Notes: generated by a model not told the origin, from the sequence alone. Shown: positions 9,589 through 18,626, counted from the stretch's first letter. The stretch is DNA of 64,000 nucleotides from Candidatus Iainarchaeum sp. (GCA_002688035.1 NZBU01000005.1:44036-108035); one strand, 5' to 3'. Translations and numbers: made by a program.

Positions 9589-9765
9589 AACGGTTTACCT
9601 GGATGCGGGCATATCGGGCATTAGCTCATTTGGATATAATTCATCCGGCGAATCAAATGGTTTTGCCAACATGGTAGTACCTTCTTACTACCAATCTCTC
9701 TGGACAAAACATTTTTATGTCAATCTTTTCTTTTTCAGCCGCAGTTTTTTTTGGTAGGTATAATC

Positions 9766-10005
9766 CTACTCGCGTATAAGTTCTCTGTCACGAATTACCC
9801 GTATCTTGGCTTTTACAAGACAGTCAAGTTTTCTTTGTTGTCCCACTGTTCGTTGAGGTAGTGCACTAAGCTCATTTATCTCTACCTGCATTCTTGCAAC
9901 AGCTTGCTTGTTTGCATGCATTGCCCTTTGTCCAGAACCAAGTGGTTGTAAGTGCGATCCAGAGCCCTTAGGTTTTCTTCTTCCTTTTGGTATCATTTCA
10001 ATCAA
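9766..10005 (-). CDS. Hypothetical 79-aa basic protein
   Basis: ORF only. It is R/Q/K-rich with a predicted helical C-terminal half, and no family is recognised. Composition looks more GC-rich than the neighbours by eye. Confidence 0.3.
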   Translation of the reverse strand: MIEMIPKGRRKPKGSGSHLQPLGSGQRAMHANKQAVARMQVEINELSALPQRTVGQQRKLDCLVKAKIRVIRDRELIRE

Positions 10006-10055
10006 TAATAATTGGGCAAAACTTTAATTTAAACTTTACCCCCTCTCTTTTTATC

Positions 10056-10613
10056 ATGTTATTCAAGCTCATGTTCCCAGGAGTAATTTTTCACGAACTC
10101 GCGCACTACTTGGCATGCATGCTTGTTGGAGTAAAAGTTTACAGTGTAAAGCTCTTTGACTCAAAAGAGGCTTTTGTTCAGCACGCAAACCCTACCACCC
10201 CCCAAGCAATTGTAATTAGCCTTGCGCCCTTTGCCCTGAACAATGTTCTCGGAATCTGGCTCTTGTTCTTTGCAAACGAACTCCTGTTGTTCTACAATCC
10301 AATTTCACTATTCTTCTACTGGCTGGCAATCTCTTTACTCTTCCAGTCTTTTCCAAGTGATACTGATGCAATGAACTCTTTCACGGCTGCCAGACATGCT
10401 CTGACAAAGAGACTCAAGCACGGCAAGCCTTTGACCAGAGCGGCGTGGCTGATTCTAAGTCCGATAATATTTCTCCCAGTGCTTTTTCTCACTGGATTGC
10501 TCCTAGTGTTTGATAAAAGCACTTTTCTCAAGGTTTTGTGGCTAATCGCAATATTATTGCTTTCTTTTGACCCTGGCACGGCAATTGCGGCAATCAATAA
10601 CTTTTTTATATAG
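10056..10613 (+). CDS. Putative membrane zinc metalloprotease (HExxH)
   Basis: VIFHELAHYLACM motif at the N-terminus followed by about 4 TM segments. ATG 10056 lies about 28 nt after the TATA-like CTTTAATTTAAAC. The upstream TTG start is rejected. Confidence 0.5.
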   Translation: MLFKLMFPGVIFHELAHYLACMLVGVKVYSVKLFDSKEAFVQHANPTTPQAIVISLAPFALNNVLGIWLLFFANELLLFYNPISLFFYWLAISLLFQSFPSDTDAMNSFTAARHALTKRLKHGKPLTRAAWLILSPIIFLPVLFLTGLLLVFDKSTFLKVLWLIAILLLSFDPGTAIAAINNFFI

Positions 10614-10634
10614 GAAAACAATTCTTATTCTAAG

Positions 10635-11174
10635 ATGATTAAAATTGATAAGCAAAAGGTTTCAGTGAACAAGCTTCCAATCGGCCTCTTTTTGATAGAG
10701 TTAGTTGATGCCCTGCTTGTTGTCTACTTGATTTCAAGACTAATTGGCTTTGAAGTGCAGTTTGAAACAAGAAGCATTTCCATTAACCCTGTTCTAGATC
10801 TAACCCTGTTATTTTTCTTGGCTGTTACAATAGTAATGCTTGTAGCAGTATACTTTGTAATCAAGAAACGCCAGCCTGAAATGTTCCTAGCCCAAACACA
10901 GGCTTCCTCCACAATAAAAGATAAGACCAAAGAGAAGCTTTCAAAGGTAAAGCAGGATCCAAGAGCAGCAGCACTCCTGCTAATACAGTTCCTTTTTGTA
11001 TTCGCAGTTGTGATAACCCTTGTTGCATGGTTTGATCCTGTGATGGAAATTATTCCCTGGAGTGAACAGGGAATAGGGCCGCCGCTATCAACTAGCCTGA
11101 ACGCGGTAATTGCAATAGTGGGACTTGCATTGTTTTACTATCTTTATTCTTTCACTGCTTGGTATAGAAAATAG
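10635..11174 (+). CDS. Hypothetical membrane protein (4 TM)
   Basis: 179-aa ORF with four hydrophobic segments and a central K-rich loop. No family recognised. Confidence 0.45.
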   Translation: MIKIDKQKVSVNKLPIGLFLIELVDALLVVYLISRLIGFEVQFETRSISINPVLDLTLLFFLAVTIVMLVAVYFVIKKRQPEMFLAQTQASSTIKDKTKEKLSKVKQDPRAAALLLIQFLFVFAVVITLVAWFDPVMEIIPWSEQGIGPPLSTSLNAVIAIVGLALFYYLYSFTAWYRK

Positions 11175-11188
11175 TTTGTGGTTTTTTT

Positions 11189-12535
11189 ATGGCTGAAGAG
11201 AAACCAACTCTTGAAAGAAGTATTTCGCTTTTCGAGGCCACACTTTATGGTGTTGGAATTATATTGGGCGCTGGCATATATGCCTTGATTGGGAAAGCAG
11301 CAGGAATTGCCGGCAACACACTCTGGCTATCCTTTATCTTCTCCGGCATGATCGCGTCCTTTACCGCGCTTAGTTATGCCGAGCTAAGCAGTATATTTCC
11401 AAGGGACTCTGCAGAATTTCTCTATGTGAAAAAGGCTCTTGGGAAAGAGTGGATAGCATTCTTTGTTGCATGGATTTCAATTGTAACAGGCTTTATTTCA
11501 ATTGCAGCGGTTGCACTTGGCTTTGCAAACTATTTGACTTACTTTGCTCCAATTCCAATAATATTTGGCGCAATAGGCCTGATAGCCTTGATGTCTATCA
11601 TAAATTTTTGGGGGATAAAAGAGTCGGTAAATTTTAATATCGTTTTTACGCTCATCGAGGTCGGCGGCCTAATAATAATAATATTAATTGGACTGCCTTT
11701 TCTTGGGAATGTTGATTACTTTGTCGGGCCAAATGCAGCTGTAACACCACAAGATCTCATTTCCCCAATAACTGTGGCCACCGCCTTAATTTTCTTTGCA
11801 TTCATTGGCTTTGAGGGTCTGGCAAATATAACGGAAGAAACTAATGATGCAACCAAAACAATTCCACGTGCAGTAATTCTCTCACTTGTAATATCAACCA
11901 TAATCTATGTGCTAGTCGCATTTAGTGTTGTCAGTATTGTTCCCTGGGAGCAACTAGCGGAAAGTGCTGCTCCCCTGGCCCTTGTTGCAGAGCGTGCCCT
12001 TGGCACCAATGCAGGAATCGCCCTTGCGGTAATCGCCTTATTCGCAACAACTAACACTGTGCTAATTCTCTTAATCGCGGTCAGCAGGCGCTTTTATGGA
12101 GTGAGCAAGGAAGGGTGTCTTCCAAACTGCTTTCAGAGAGTGCACCCAAAGACCAGAACCCCGTATTATGCCATTGCCGCAACAGCCCTCCTTGCAATTA
12201 TCTTTGCTTTGTTCCAGGACATAAAAGTAGTTGCATTCTTAACAGACTTCGGGATTTTCATAATATTCTTAATTGTAAATCTCTCAGTAATTTTCCTGCG
12301 TTTCCACCAGCCAAATGCACTGCGGCCATTCAGGATTCCTCTTAGTATAGGGCGATTCCCAATATTGCCTTTTTTGGGCGTCGTAAGCTGCAGTTATATG
12401 CTTCTCTCCTTCTCCTTCGAAATCGCTGCAATCAGCTTAATAGTGTTCCTAGTGGCAATTCCCTTCTACTTTGTATTTAGGAATAGTTTTCGCAACAATG
12501 GGGACAACTCCCAAATAAGAGGTAAAACGACCTGA
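11189..12535 (+). CDS. APC-family amino acid permease
   Basis: 448 aa with about 12 TM. The N-terminal GVGIILGAGIYALIGKAAG and FIGFEGLANITEE segments are typical of APC transporters. Confidence 0.85.
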   Translation: MAEEKPTLERSISLFEATLYGVGIILGAGIYALIGKAAGIAGNTLWLSFIFSGMIASFTALSYAELSSIFPRDSAEFLYVKKALGKEWIAFFVAWISIVTGFISIAAVALGFANYLTYFAPIPIIFGAIGLIALMSIINFWGIKESVNFNIVFTLIEVGGLIIIILIGLPFLGNVDYFVGPNAAVTPQDLISPITVATALIFFAFIGFEGLANITEETNDATKTIPRAVILSLVISTIIYVLVAFSVVSIVPWEQLAESAAPLALVAERALGTNAGIALAVIALFATTNTVLILLIAVSRRFYGVSKEGCLPNCFQRVHPKTRTPYYAIAATALLAIIFALFQDIKVVAFLTDFGIFIIFLIVNLSVIFLRFHQPNALRPFRIPLSIGRFPILPFLGVVSCSYMLLSFSFEIAAISLIVFLVAIPFYFVFRNSFRNNGDNSQIRGKTT

Positions 12536-12660
12536 ATAGACCCCTAAAAATGTGTTTTTGATCTATTTTGAGTGAAAAAATGGCCTCAAATTCAATTTTT
12601 CAGGGGCCCTGTTGGATTATGGCTCCTTAAACTTTCACGGTATAATATATATATAGCCGA

Positions 12661-13404
12661 CTAGCTCAAGAAGTATAGGAGCGCCTCTTCTATACTATTT
12701 ACTTCTATTATGTTTAGATTCCACTCCTGCTCCCGTGCAAACTCGTTCAATTCCAGGGTTTTTGGAACATAGTTTACACGCTGGAACACAAATGGACCAC
12801 GCGTTTCTTCCCTAATTTGCTTTTCATAATATGTAAAGCTTGTCTGCCCTGGTGGAACCAGGAAAATGGTTTTTCCGGATTGTTCAACTGCCGCAGCTTT
12901 TTCTATTATGCCACCAACCTGTCCAATACTTCCATCAGACAAAATGCTTCCAGTTAGCCCAACGCTTTCATTCAAATCTTTTTCCTCTATGGCTGCGATG
13001 GTTGCAATAGTAAGGGCTGCGCCAGCACTCGGTCCTCCAACCAATTGCACTTCCCCTGCTTCAATGCTGTAGATCACATCTTTTTCAGCTAAGCTTTTTT
13101 GTGTAATATTCTCGGCAACACTTGCGGCTATCTCTGCGCTCTGCTGCGTATCAGGTTCAACAAAAGGATTCAATGCAAACAGCACCCTGCCTTTCCCTGG
13201 TTTTACCTCAACACTTGCAACATTAACAATTCCAACTTCTCTTTGCACTTTAACAGCAACAACGTCAATCATTGCAGTGAACTCTTTTTCAGGAAGAGGC
13301 TCTAGCCGGATAAGTTCTGGTTCGGTTGGCAATGCCAAGAGATAGCCAAGGGCAAAAGTGGCTATGCCGAAAGCCAGTACGATCAAAAGCTCTTTTCCAT
13401 TCAT
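12661..13404 (-). CDS. Membrane-anchored Lon-like S16 serine protease domain protein
   Basis: N-terminal TM followed by a Lon proteolytic domain: VGGPSAGAALTIATIAAI (Ser) and IGQVGGIIEKAAAVEQSG (Lys). Confidence 0.75.
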   Translation of the reverse strand: MNGKELLIVLAFGIATFALGYLLALPTEPELIRLEPLPEKEFTAMIDVVAVKVQREVGIVNVASVEVKPGKGRVLFALNPFVEPDTQQSAEIAASVAENITQKSLAEKDVIYSIEAGEVQLVGGPSAGAALTIATIAAIEEKDLNESVGLTGSILSDGSIGQVGGIIEKAAAVEQSGKTIFLVPPGQTSFTYYEKQIREETRGPFVFQRVNYVPKTLELNEFAREQEWNLNIIEVNSIEEALLYFLS

Positions 13405-13459
13405 TAGAATCTGTAAAATTTGGAGTGGAACAATTATTTAAGACAGAGCGTTTGCTTAG

Positions 13460-13771
13460 CTATATGCTCTGCTCTTTCCTACCCACTTCGTCCTGCTGAT
13501 TAAGTGAATAGTTCTTGCTAGAGCTTCGCTGGAACGGCTCGTTCACATCCCGCAGGGCATAGTAAATCATTCCCCCAACAAACAGTACAACCATTAAGAA
13601 TCCAAATATTATTACCGCCAATGCTAACACTGCTATTATTCCAACAAGGCCAAACACTATCAAGGGGTTGAGAGCCAAGAATATTACGAGCGCAGCCGAG
13701 AGCACGACTGCCCCAATCAATATTCCTATGAACACTACTGGTGTCAATACAAAAGCTAGTGCTTTATCCAT
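13460..13771 (-). CDS. Hypothetical small membrane protein
   Basis: About 103 aa with three hydrophobic helices. ATG 13771 lies 5 nt after the AIM24-like stop. Confidence 0.45.
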   Translation of the reverse strand: MDKALAFVLTPVVFIGILIGAVVLSAALVIFLALNPLIVFGLVGIIAVLALAVIIFGFLMVVLFVGGMIYYALRDVNEPFQRSSSKNYSLNQQDEVGRKEQSI

Positions 13772-13776
13772 GGTGA

Positions 13777-14523
13777 TCAAATCTTAAATCCTAATCCGCC
13801 TGGTCCAAGCGTAAGGCCTCTGCCTCCGCCTCTACTTTGCCCTTGCCTTGCGGAGGGAATGAATTCTCTTATTTTCGCTGCAAGATGGCTTATTGGCATT
13901 GTCTGCAGCCATACTTTCCCCGGGCCAGTCAGGGTTGCGAGGAAAAGTCCTTCTCCCCCAAACAACATGTTTGTAATGCCCTTTATTCTTTGAATGTCAA
14001 ACCCTACTTGCGGTTGGAATGCTGCCACAAATCCTGGATTCACCTTTATCCTTTGTCCTTGCTCCAGATCAAGTGAAAGTATTTCTCCGCCAACACTTGC
14101 AAATGCTTTTCCAGGGCCAGTAAATTTTTGTAAAATAAATCCTTCGCCTCCAAAGATTCCAGCGCCAAGCTTTTTTTGCAAGAAGACCTCCATTTTAACG
14201 CTGTTCTCGGCAACGAGGAAAGCATCTTTTTGTGCTATAACACTTTCTTCTGCTTTTAGGTCAAACGGAATTGTTTTTCCAGGGTATTCTGCGGCAAAGC
14301 TTACAAGGCCATCACCTTCATCCACATAATAATCGACAAGGAAAAAGGATTCTCCTGTGAGGGCTCTTCCAAGGCTTTTCATTATCCCACCTTTTGCCTT
14401 TGTTTCCATTTTAACGTTGTCGCTCATCCATGCAAGTGCGCCAGCTTCGCAGTAAACTTTGTCCCCAGCCTTCAACACCATGTCAACGGTTTGCAAAATA
14501 TCTCCAGAAATCTTATATTCCAA
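13777..14523 (-). CDS. AIM24/TIGR00266 (DUF124) family protein
   Basis: EYKISGDILQTVDMVLKAGDKVYCEAGAL and FGGEGFILQKFTGPG segments. TTG start lies 7 nt after GAGGTGAT. Gly-rich C-terminal tail. Confidence 0.78.
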   Translation of the reverse strand: MEYKISGDILQTVDMVLKAGDKVYCEAGALAWMSDNVKMETKAKGGIMKSLGRALTGESFFLVDYYVDEGDGLVSFAAEYPGKTIPFDLKAEESVIAQKDAFLVAENSVKMEVFLQKKLGAGIFGGEGFILQKFTGPGKAFASVGGEILSLDLEQGQRIKVNPGFVAAFQPQVGFDIQRIKGITNMLFGGEGLFLATLTGPGKVWLQTMPISHLAAKIREFIPSARQGQSRGGGRGLTLGPGGLGFKI

Positions 14524-14565
14524 ACAAAATCACCTCAGACTTAATGCCAAGAATAAGTGCAAGGC

Positions 14566-14575
14566 TATATTTTAA
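14566..14575 (-). promoter_or_regulatory. TATA-like box upstream of the AIM24-family gene
   Basis: The minus strand reads CTTAAAATATAG about 47 nt upstream of the TTG start, which leaves room for a short leader containing GAGGTGAT. Confidence 0.35.
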
Positions 14576-14589
14576 GTTTTCGCTGGCCA

Positions 14590-15576
14590 CTAAAGCCAAT
14601 TGACTTCTATATCATCAGTTCTTTGTTTTGGCATCACAAAGCTTTCACTTATCTTTGTTTTGTTACCTGCCTTGTGCATAACTATTCCAAGCCAGGCAAT
14701 CATGGCTGCATTGTCCACGCAAACAGGGACAGGCGGCACAAACATTTTTGCTTCTCTTTCCTCACACATTTTTCCCATCATTTCCCGCAATGCCTTGCTT
14801 GCAGCAACCCCGCCGGTTATAACAAGCTCTTGCTTTTCAGTGTGAGCCATGGCCCGCTCTGTTACTTCTGTTAGCATTGCAAAAGCATTGTGCATGAGTG
14901 AGTATGCCAAATCAGTTCTGTCAACGTTTCCAATTTTTTGTTCTGCAGCAGTCTGCAATCCTGAGAAAACAAGATCCATTCCTTTAACAGAGTAGGGAAG
15001 CTTCACATAGTTCTTTGCCTTAAAGTACATCTCATCAATCTTTGGGCCGGCGGGAAAACCAAGGCCAAGTGCCCGGCCAAAACTATCCAGTAAATTTCCG
15101 ATTCCAATGTCAAGAGTTTCTCCATAAACCCGGTACTTCCCGAGTTCGAATCCGATTATTTGGGTATTGGCCCCGCTTGCATAACACACTATTGGATCTT
15201 TTGCTCCTGTAAGGTTTTTCCCAATTTCTATGTGTGCAATGCAGTGGTTTACTCCAATCAAAGTTTTCTTGTGTTCAAGGGAAAGTGCTCTTGCAACTGC
15301 TGCACCAACCTGCAAGCACTGACCAATGCCAGGGCCCTGTGAAAATGAGATTAAATCAACATCACTCCAGGAAACCCCGGCTTTTTCGAGCGCACTCTTT
15401 ACCACACTTGCCGCATTTTGCACATGGCTATCTGCAGCATCCCTAGGTCTTATTCCACCTGCATCGGTAGTAAAAGAATTCTTTTCATTCGCAAGTATCT
15501 CGCACTTGTCGTTCTTATCCGAAACAATTCCGACTCCAAAGGTGTGTGCAGTACTTTCGATTCCAAGGCAAATCAT
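14590..15576 (-). CDS. kae1: tRNA N6-adenosine threonylcarbamoyltransferase Kae1
   Basis: MICLGIESTAHTFGVGIV N-terminus, NHCIAHIE metal site, GGVAAS. Full-length ASKHA-fold Kae1/TsaD. Confidence 0.93.
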   Translation of the reverse strand: MICLGIESTAHTFGVGIVSDKNDKCEILANEKNSFTTDAGGIRPRDAADSHVQNAASVVKSALEKAGVSWSDVDLISFSQGPGIGQCLQVGAAVARALSLEHKKTLIGVNHCIAHIEIGKNLTGAKDPIVCYASGANTQIIGFELGKYRVYGETLDIGIGNLLDSFGRALGLGFPAGPKIDEMYFKAKNYVKLPYSVKGMDLVFSGLQTAAEQKIGNVDRTDLAYSLMHNAFAMLTEVTERAMAHTEKQELVITGGVAASKALREMMGKMCEEREAKMFVPPVPVCVDNAAMIAWLGIVMHKAGNKTKISESFVMPKQRTDDIEVNWL

Positions 15577-15578
15577 TC

Positions 15579-16208
15579 TTATCTCCTCTGCACTTCGTGG
15601 CCCAAAACCTTTTCCAACTCTTCTTGTTTTATGGAGCCTTCTCTAAACAGGATATTATTAAAGTTGCAATAGATGGTGCTGGCTTTTGCTGTTGGAAGTG
15701 TTCCAGCATCAACAATAAGATCCACACTATCCCTAAAAGTCTCAGCGGCTTCGCTCGCCGAGAAAATCGCTGGTTTCCCGTGGATATTGGCACTTGTGGC
15801 AGTAATTGCTCTTCCAAACTTTTCAACAAGCTTGTGGGCAAATTCGTTGCCAGGAATTCTGAAAGCCACCCCATTTGTAGTCAGGTTTTCAGGCACAGTA
15901 TCCTTTTGCTCGCAAATGAGTGTTAAAGGTCCAGGCATAAATTCCCGTATAATTCTTCTGCCTTGCTCATTCAATTCCACAATCTCTTCTGCCTGTTTTT
16001 CGCTTGCTACTATCACACTTATCGGCTTGTCTTCTGGCTGCTTCTTTGTACTATGCACTTTTGCAACAGCCTCTGAGTTGAGTGCGTCTGCCCCTATACC
16101 ATAGCTTGTCTCAGTGGGATAGACAATAATGCCGCCGTCTTGCAGGACTTCCACCGCTTTTTCAAGAGCATTTTCTTGTTTTATTACTTCAACCAATTCA
16201 AATCCCAC
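15579..16208 (-). CDS. sua5: L-threonylcarbamoyladenylate synthase (YrdC-type, no Sua5 C-domain)
   Basis: GGIIVYPTETSYGIGADA and TSANIHGKP motifs. At 209 aa it is the YrdC domain only. Confidence 0.88.
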   Translation of the reverse strand: MGFELVEVIKQENALEKAVEVLQDGGIIVYPTETSYGIGADALNSEAVAKVHSTKKQPEDKPISVIVASEKQAEEIVELNEQGRRIIREFMPGPLTLICEQKDTVPENLTTNGVAFRIPGNEFAHKLVEKFGRAITATSANIHGKPAIFSASEAAETFRDSVDLIVDAGTLPTAKASTIYCNFNNILFREGSIKQEELEKVLGHEVQRR

Positions 16209-16764
16209 CTAAGATAAATGCAAGTGCAAAAAAATTGTAGAGCATGTGTGCCACAATAACAGGGATCAGGTTCTGATTCTTTTTGAACCATAAAGCTAGA
16301 ATTAAACCAAGGACAAATGCGCCTGCTACTTCTGCGTAAGAGAAGTAGAATGCGTGTAGCAGTGCAAACACCGCGGTTGATGGGATAACACCAACTTTGT
16401 TTACCAAAAAGCCTCTAAAGAAAACTTCCTCGGTGAAAATCCGCACGATCAAAAAGTATGCTAGTAGGAGCGGTGAGAAGGTTGCAATCGCTCCAATTCC
16501 CTCGGCAACATTCGCCAGATCATTAACCTGGAAAAAGCTGAATAATGCAGACAGCGCAACTGCAGTTACAACAAGTACTGCGAAAAGTACAATAGTTTGT
16601 TTTGCAAAAGATTTGATAGCAATTTTTTTGAACCCCAGATTTTCCAAAGCAGGCTTTAAATCCGAGACTTTCTTGTTCTTCAAACCCATTTGTCTTGAAA
16701 CAAATGAGATCGGGAACAGGAAGAAGAACAGGTCTATCAAAAAATCTATTGCAAACTCAATCAT
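16198..16764 (-). CDS. CPBP-family intramembrane glutamic endopeptidase
   Basis: [15 protein letters not shown] and AHMLYNF motifs. Start set at the ATG overlapping (ATGA) the S27ae stop. Confidence 0.8.
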   Translation of the reverse strand: MIEFAIDFLIDLFFFLFPISFVSRQMGLKNKKVSDLKPALENLGFKKIAIKSFAKQTIVLFAVLVVTAVALSALFSFFQVNDLANVAEGIGAIATFSPLLLAYFLIVRIFTEEVFFRGFLVNKVGVIPSTAVFALLHAFYFSYAEVAGAFVLGLILALWFKKNQNLIPVIVAHMLYNFFALAFILGGI

Positions 16765-16970
16765 TTGTCCTTCCACTCGGTGTATGAGCATTTACCGCAG
16801 TGAAATCTGTCAGCGTGCTCAGCCATGAATACTCCGGCTCCACACTTTGGGCAAAACCTTTTTTCTCGAGAAGCCTTGTCCCCCTCACTCTTGTAGTAAT
16901 CGCCTTTCTTTTTTATCTCGTGCTTCTTTCTCTCTCGTTTTCCTTTTCTTTCTTTATCTTTCATTGGCAA
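16761..16970 (-). CDS. rps27ae: 30S ribosomal protein S27ae (eS31)
   Basis: Zn ribbon [26 protein letters not shown] preceded by a basic N-terminus. Confidence 0.92.
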   Translation of the reverse strand: MPMKDKERKGKRERKKHEIKKKGDYYKSEGDKASREKRFCPKCGAGVFMAEHADRFHCGKCSYTEWKDK

Positions 16971-16972
16971 AA

Positions 16973-17392
16973 TTATTCACCTTCCTTTTTCTCTGGAGCT
17001 GGCTCGGCCTCTTCTTTCTTTTCCTCTTTGGCTTCCGCAGGCTTTTCTTTCTCTGCCTTTGCAGGTGCTGGGACTTCTGGAGCAGCTTGTCCTGCTTCTC
17101 CTTTCTTGCCTTTCTTAACACCAATGTTTCTGCCAACCATATATTTTAGTTCGGTTTTCTCAAGTTCTTCCACAGAACCGTAAATTCTAGCGGTTCCCTG
17201 AACCTCTTGTGAACCAAAGCCATGTGAGAGTTTTACAATAATAACCTGCTCCGGTTTCACGTTTTGGAGTGCGGCAATCTTCTCTCTCACCTCTTTTCTT
17301 GATGGAGGAATGTTGGCCTCCTCAACATCAAAACTTACTTCTGTCCTCTTTAGTACAACGTTTTCACTCTTATCACTAATATTTATCTTCAT
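16973..17392 (-). CDS. rps24e: 30S ribosomal protein S24e (eS24) with K/E/A/P-rich C-terminal tail
   Basis: The N-terminal ~95 aa match S24e ([29 protein letters not shown]). They are followed by a ~45-aa low-complexity tail. Confidence 0.92.
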   Translation of the reverse strand: MKINISDKSENVVLKRTEVSFDVEEANIPPSRKEVREKIAALQNVKPEQVIIVKLSHGFGSQEVQGTARIYGSVEELEKTELKYMVGRNIGVKKGKKGEAGQAAPEVPAPAKAEKEKPAEAKEEKKEEAEPAPEKKEGE

Positions 17393-17414
17393 TTTACCAC
17401 CTTTTCAATAATCC

Positions 17415-17609
17415 TTATCTGCTTAGCTGTAATGCATACTTTCCAGTTGAAGTAATTCCCATTTTTTTTGCGATTTCACTTTTTTCAGGATCAGCTATCA
17501 CAACATAGCCTCTCCAGAAGGTAGTGAATGTACTTGCACCGCAGTTTGGGCACTCTTTCTCATCTAGTACAACTTTCCTGCATGCTCTACAAGCCTTTTC
17601 TTTAGCCAT
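17415..17609 (-). CDS. spt4: Transcription elongation factor Spt4 (RpoE'')
   Basis: CRACRKVV..CPNCG zinc ribbon followed by FWRGYVVIADPEKSEIAKKMGI. Confidence 0.92.
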   Translation of the reverse strand: MAKEKACRACRKVVLDEKECPNCGASTFTTFWRGYVVIADPEKSEIAKKMGITSTGKYALQLSR

Positions 17610-17618
17610 CTATTTCAC

Positions 17619-18221
17619 CTATCCCTTCTTCTCCTTCTTTTCCTTTACCGGCTCTTTAGCTTTTGCCGCGTCCTTTTCTTTTTTCTCATCCTTTTTTGTC
17701 CAACCCTCTTTTCCAAGGAAAGGCTGTCTCATTGTCAATCCGATTTTACTGTTCTGAATGTTTCCCTTTAACGAGATCGTGACAATCCTTGCAAGGCCCT
17801 CATCCTCGACAGTAAGCTTTCTCCCTGTTTTCTTTCCAATAAAACCAGGCATCTTTGCGTCATAATTAATGTAGTCGTCCATTATTTGGCTCACATGCAC
17901 CAATCCTTCAATAGGGCTTATTCGCATGAATGCGCCAAACTCAGTTATCTCTGTTATTGATCCTTCCACTACTTCGTGCATAAGTGGTTTGTACATCAAC
18001 AGCTCAAGCTCAGTTCTATAGTACGCTGCGCCATCCCCAAGGACAATTTTGCCCTCTCCGACTTCACCTACTCCTGTTACTGCGATAACAAGTCCAAGAT
18101 CCTCATCAACTACACCCTCATACTCTTCCTGCACAATCTTAAGGATTGTATCTTTTAGTTTTCCGCCAAAATCTTTTGGTGGAACCCTTACTTTTTCGTT
18201 TACATTCACCAGAAAATACAT
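17619..18221 (-). CDS. rpoE: DNA-directed RNA polymerase subunit E' (Rpo7)
   Basis: MYFLVNVNEKVRVPPKDFG N-terminus and an S1 domain (GSITEITEFGAFMRISPIEGLVHVSQI). K/E-rich C-terminus. Confidence 0.92.
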   Translation of the reverse strand: MYFLVNVNEKVRVPPKDFGGKLKDTILKIVQEEYEGVVDEDLGLVIAVTGVGEVGEGKIVLGDGAAYYRTELELLMYKPLMHEVVEGSITEITEFGAFMRISPIEGLVHVSQIMDDYINYDAKMPGFIGKKTGRKLTVEDEGLARIVTISLKGNIQNSKIGLTMRQPFLGKEGWTKKDEKKEKDAAKAKEPVKEKKEKKG

Positions 18222-18233
18222 TTTGTCACAACC

Positions 18234-18626
18234 TCACTCTATTTCTATTAGTTTCTTTCTCTTTAAATAAATATTTTTTGCTCCAATTTCTTTTATCCTT
18301 TTTCTTAGCACGCGATCGTTTGATGCAATCCAGAACCCTTGTTTTGCCATTTCAACCAGGGCATCATCGGCGTTGCGCGCTCCGGTTTCAATAACTTTCA
18401 CATTGTTCTTTTCAATTGCCTCAATCACAATGCTTACATCACTTTTTTTCTTGACTCCTTCTTTTGCCATTTTTTCCAATTCTTCCAAAACTTTTTTTGG
18501 AATAACAAATTTTATGCGGCCAAATCTTTCTATTATTCCACTCAGAACATCAACTTTGAACCGTGGAATCGCCAATAACATGTTTGTGTCCAAAGCAATT
18601 CTTTCACTGGACAATGCCAAAGGCAA
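18234..18626 (-). CDS. PIN-domain protein (Fcf1/Utp24-like)
   Basis: DTNMLL N-terminal acidic motif and ADDALVEMA..IASNDRVLRKR. It sits in the conserved archaeal position between aIF2gamma and rpoE. Confidence 0.8.
   Translation of the reverse strand: MPLALSSERIALDTNMLLAIPRFKVDVLSGIIERFGRIKFVIPKKVLEELEKMAKEGVKKKSDVSIVIEAIEKNNVKVIETGARNADDALVEMAKQGFWIASNDRVLRKRIKEIGAKNIYLKRKKLIEIE

Noticed and set aside
12641-12655. The (TA)n run TATAATATATATATA, considered as a promoter or microsatellite.
   Set aside because: It lies between the 3' ends of two convergent genes (the permease and the Lon-like protease), so it has no gene to drive. It is short, low-complexity AT sequence.
15135-15160. T-arm-like GAGTTCGAATCCGA string, which could suggest a second tRNA.
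   Set aside because: It lies inside the kae1 coding frame. The flanks do not form a T-stem, acceptor stem or D arm.
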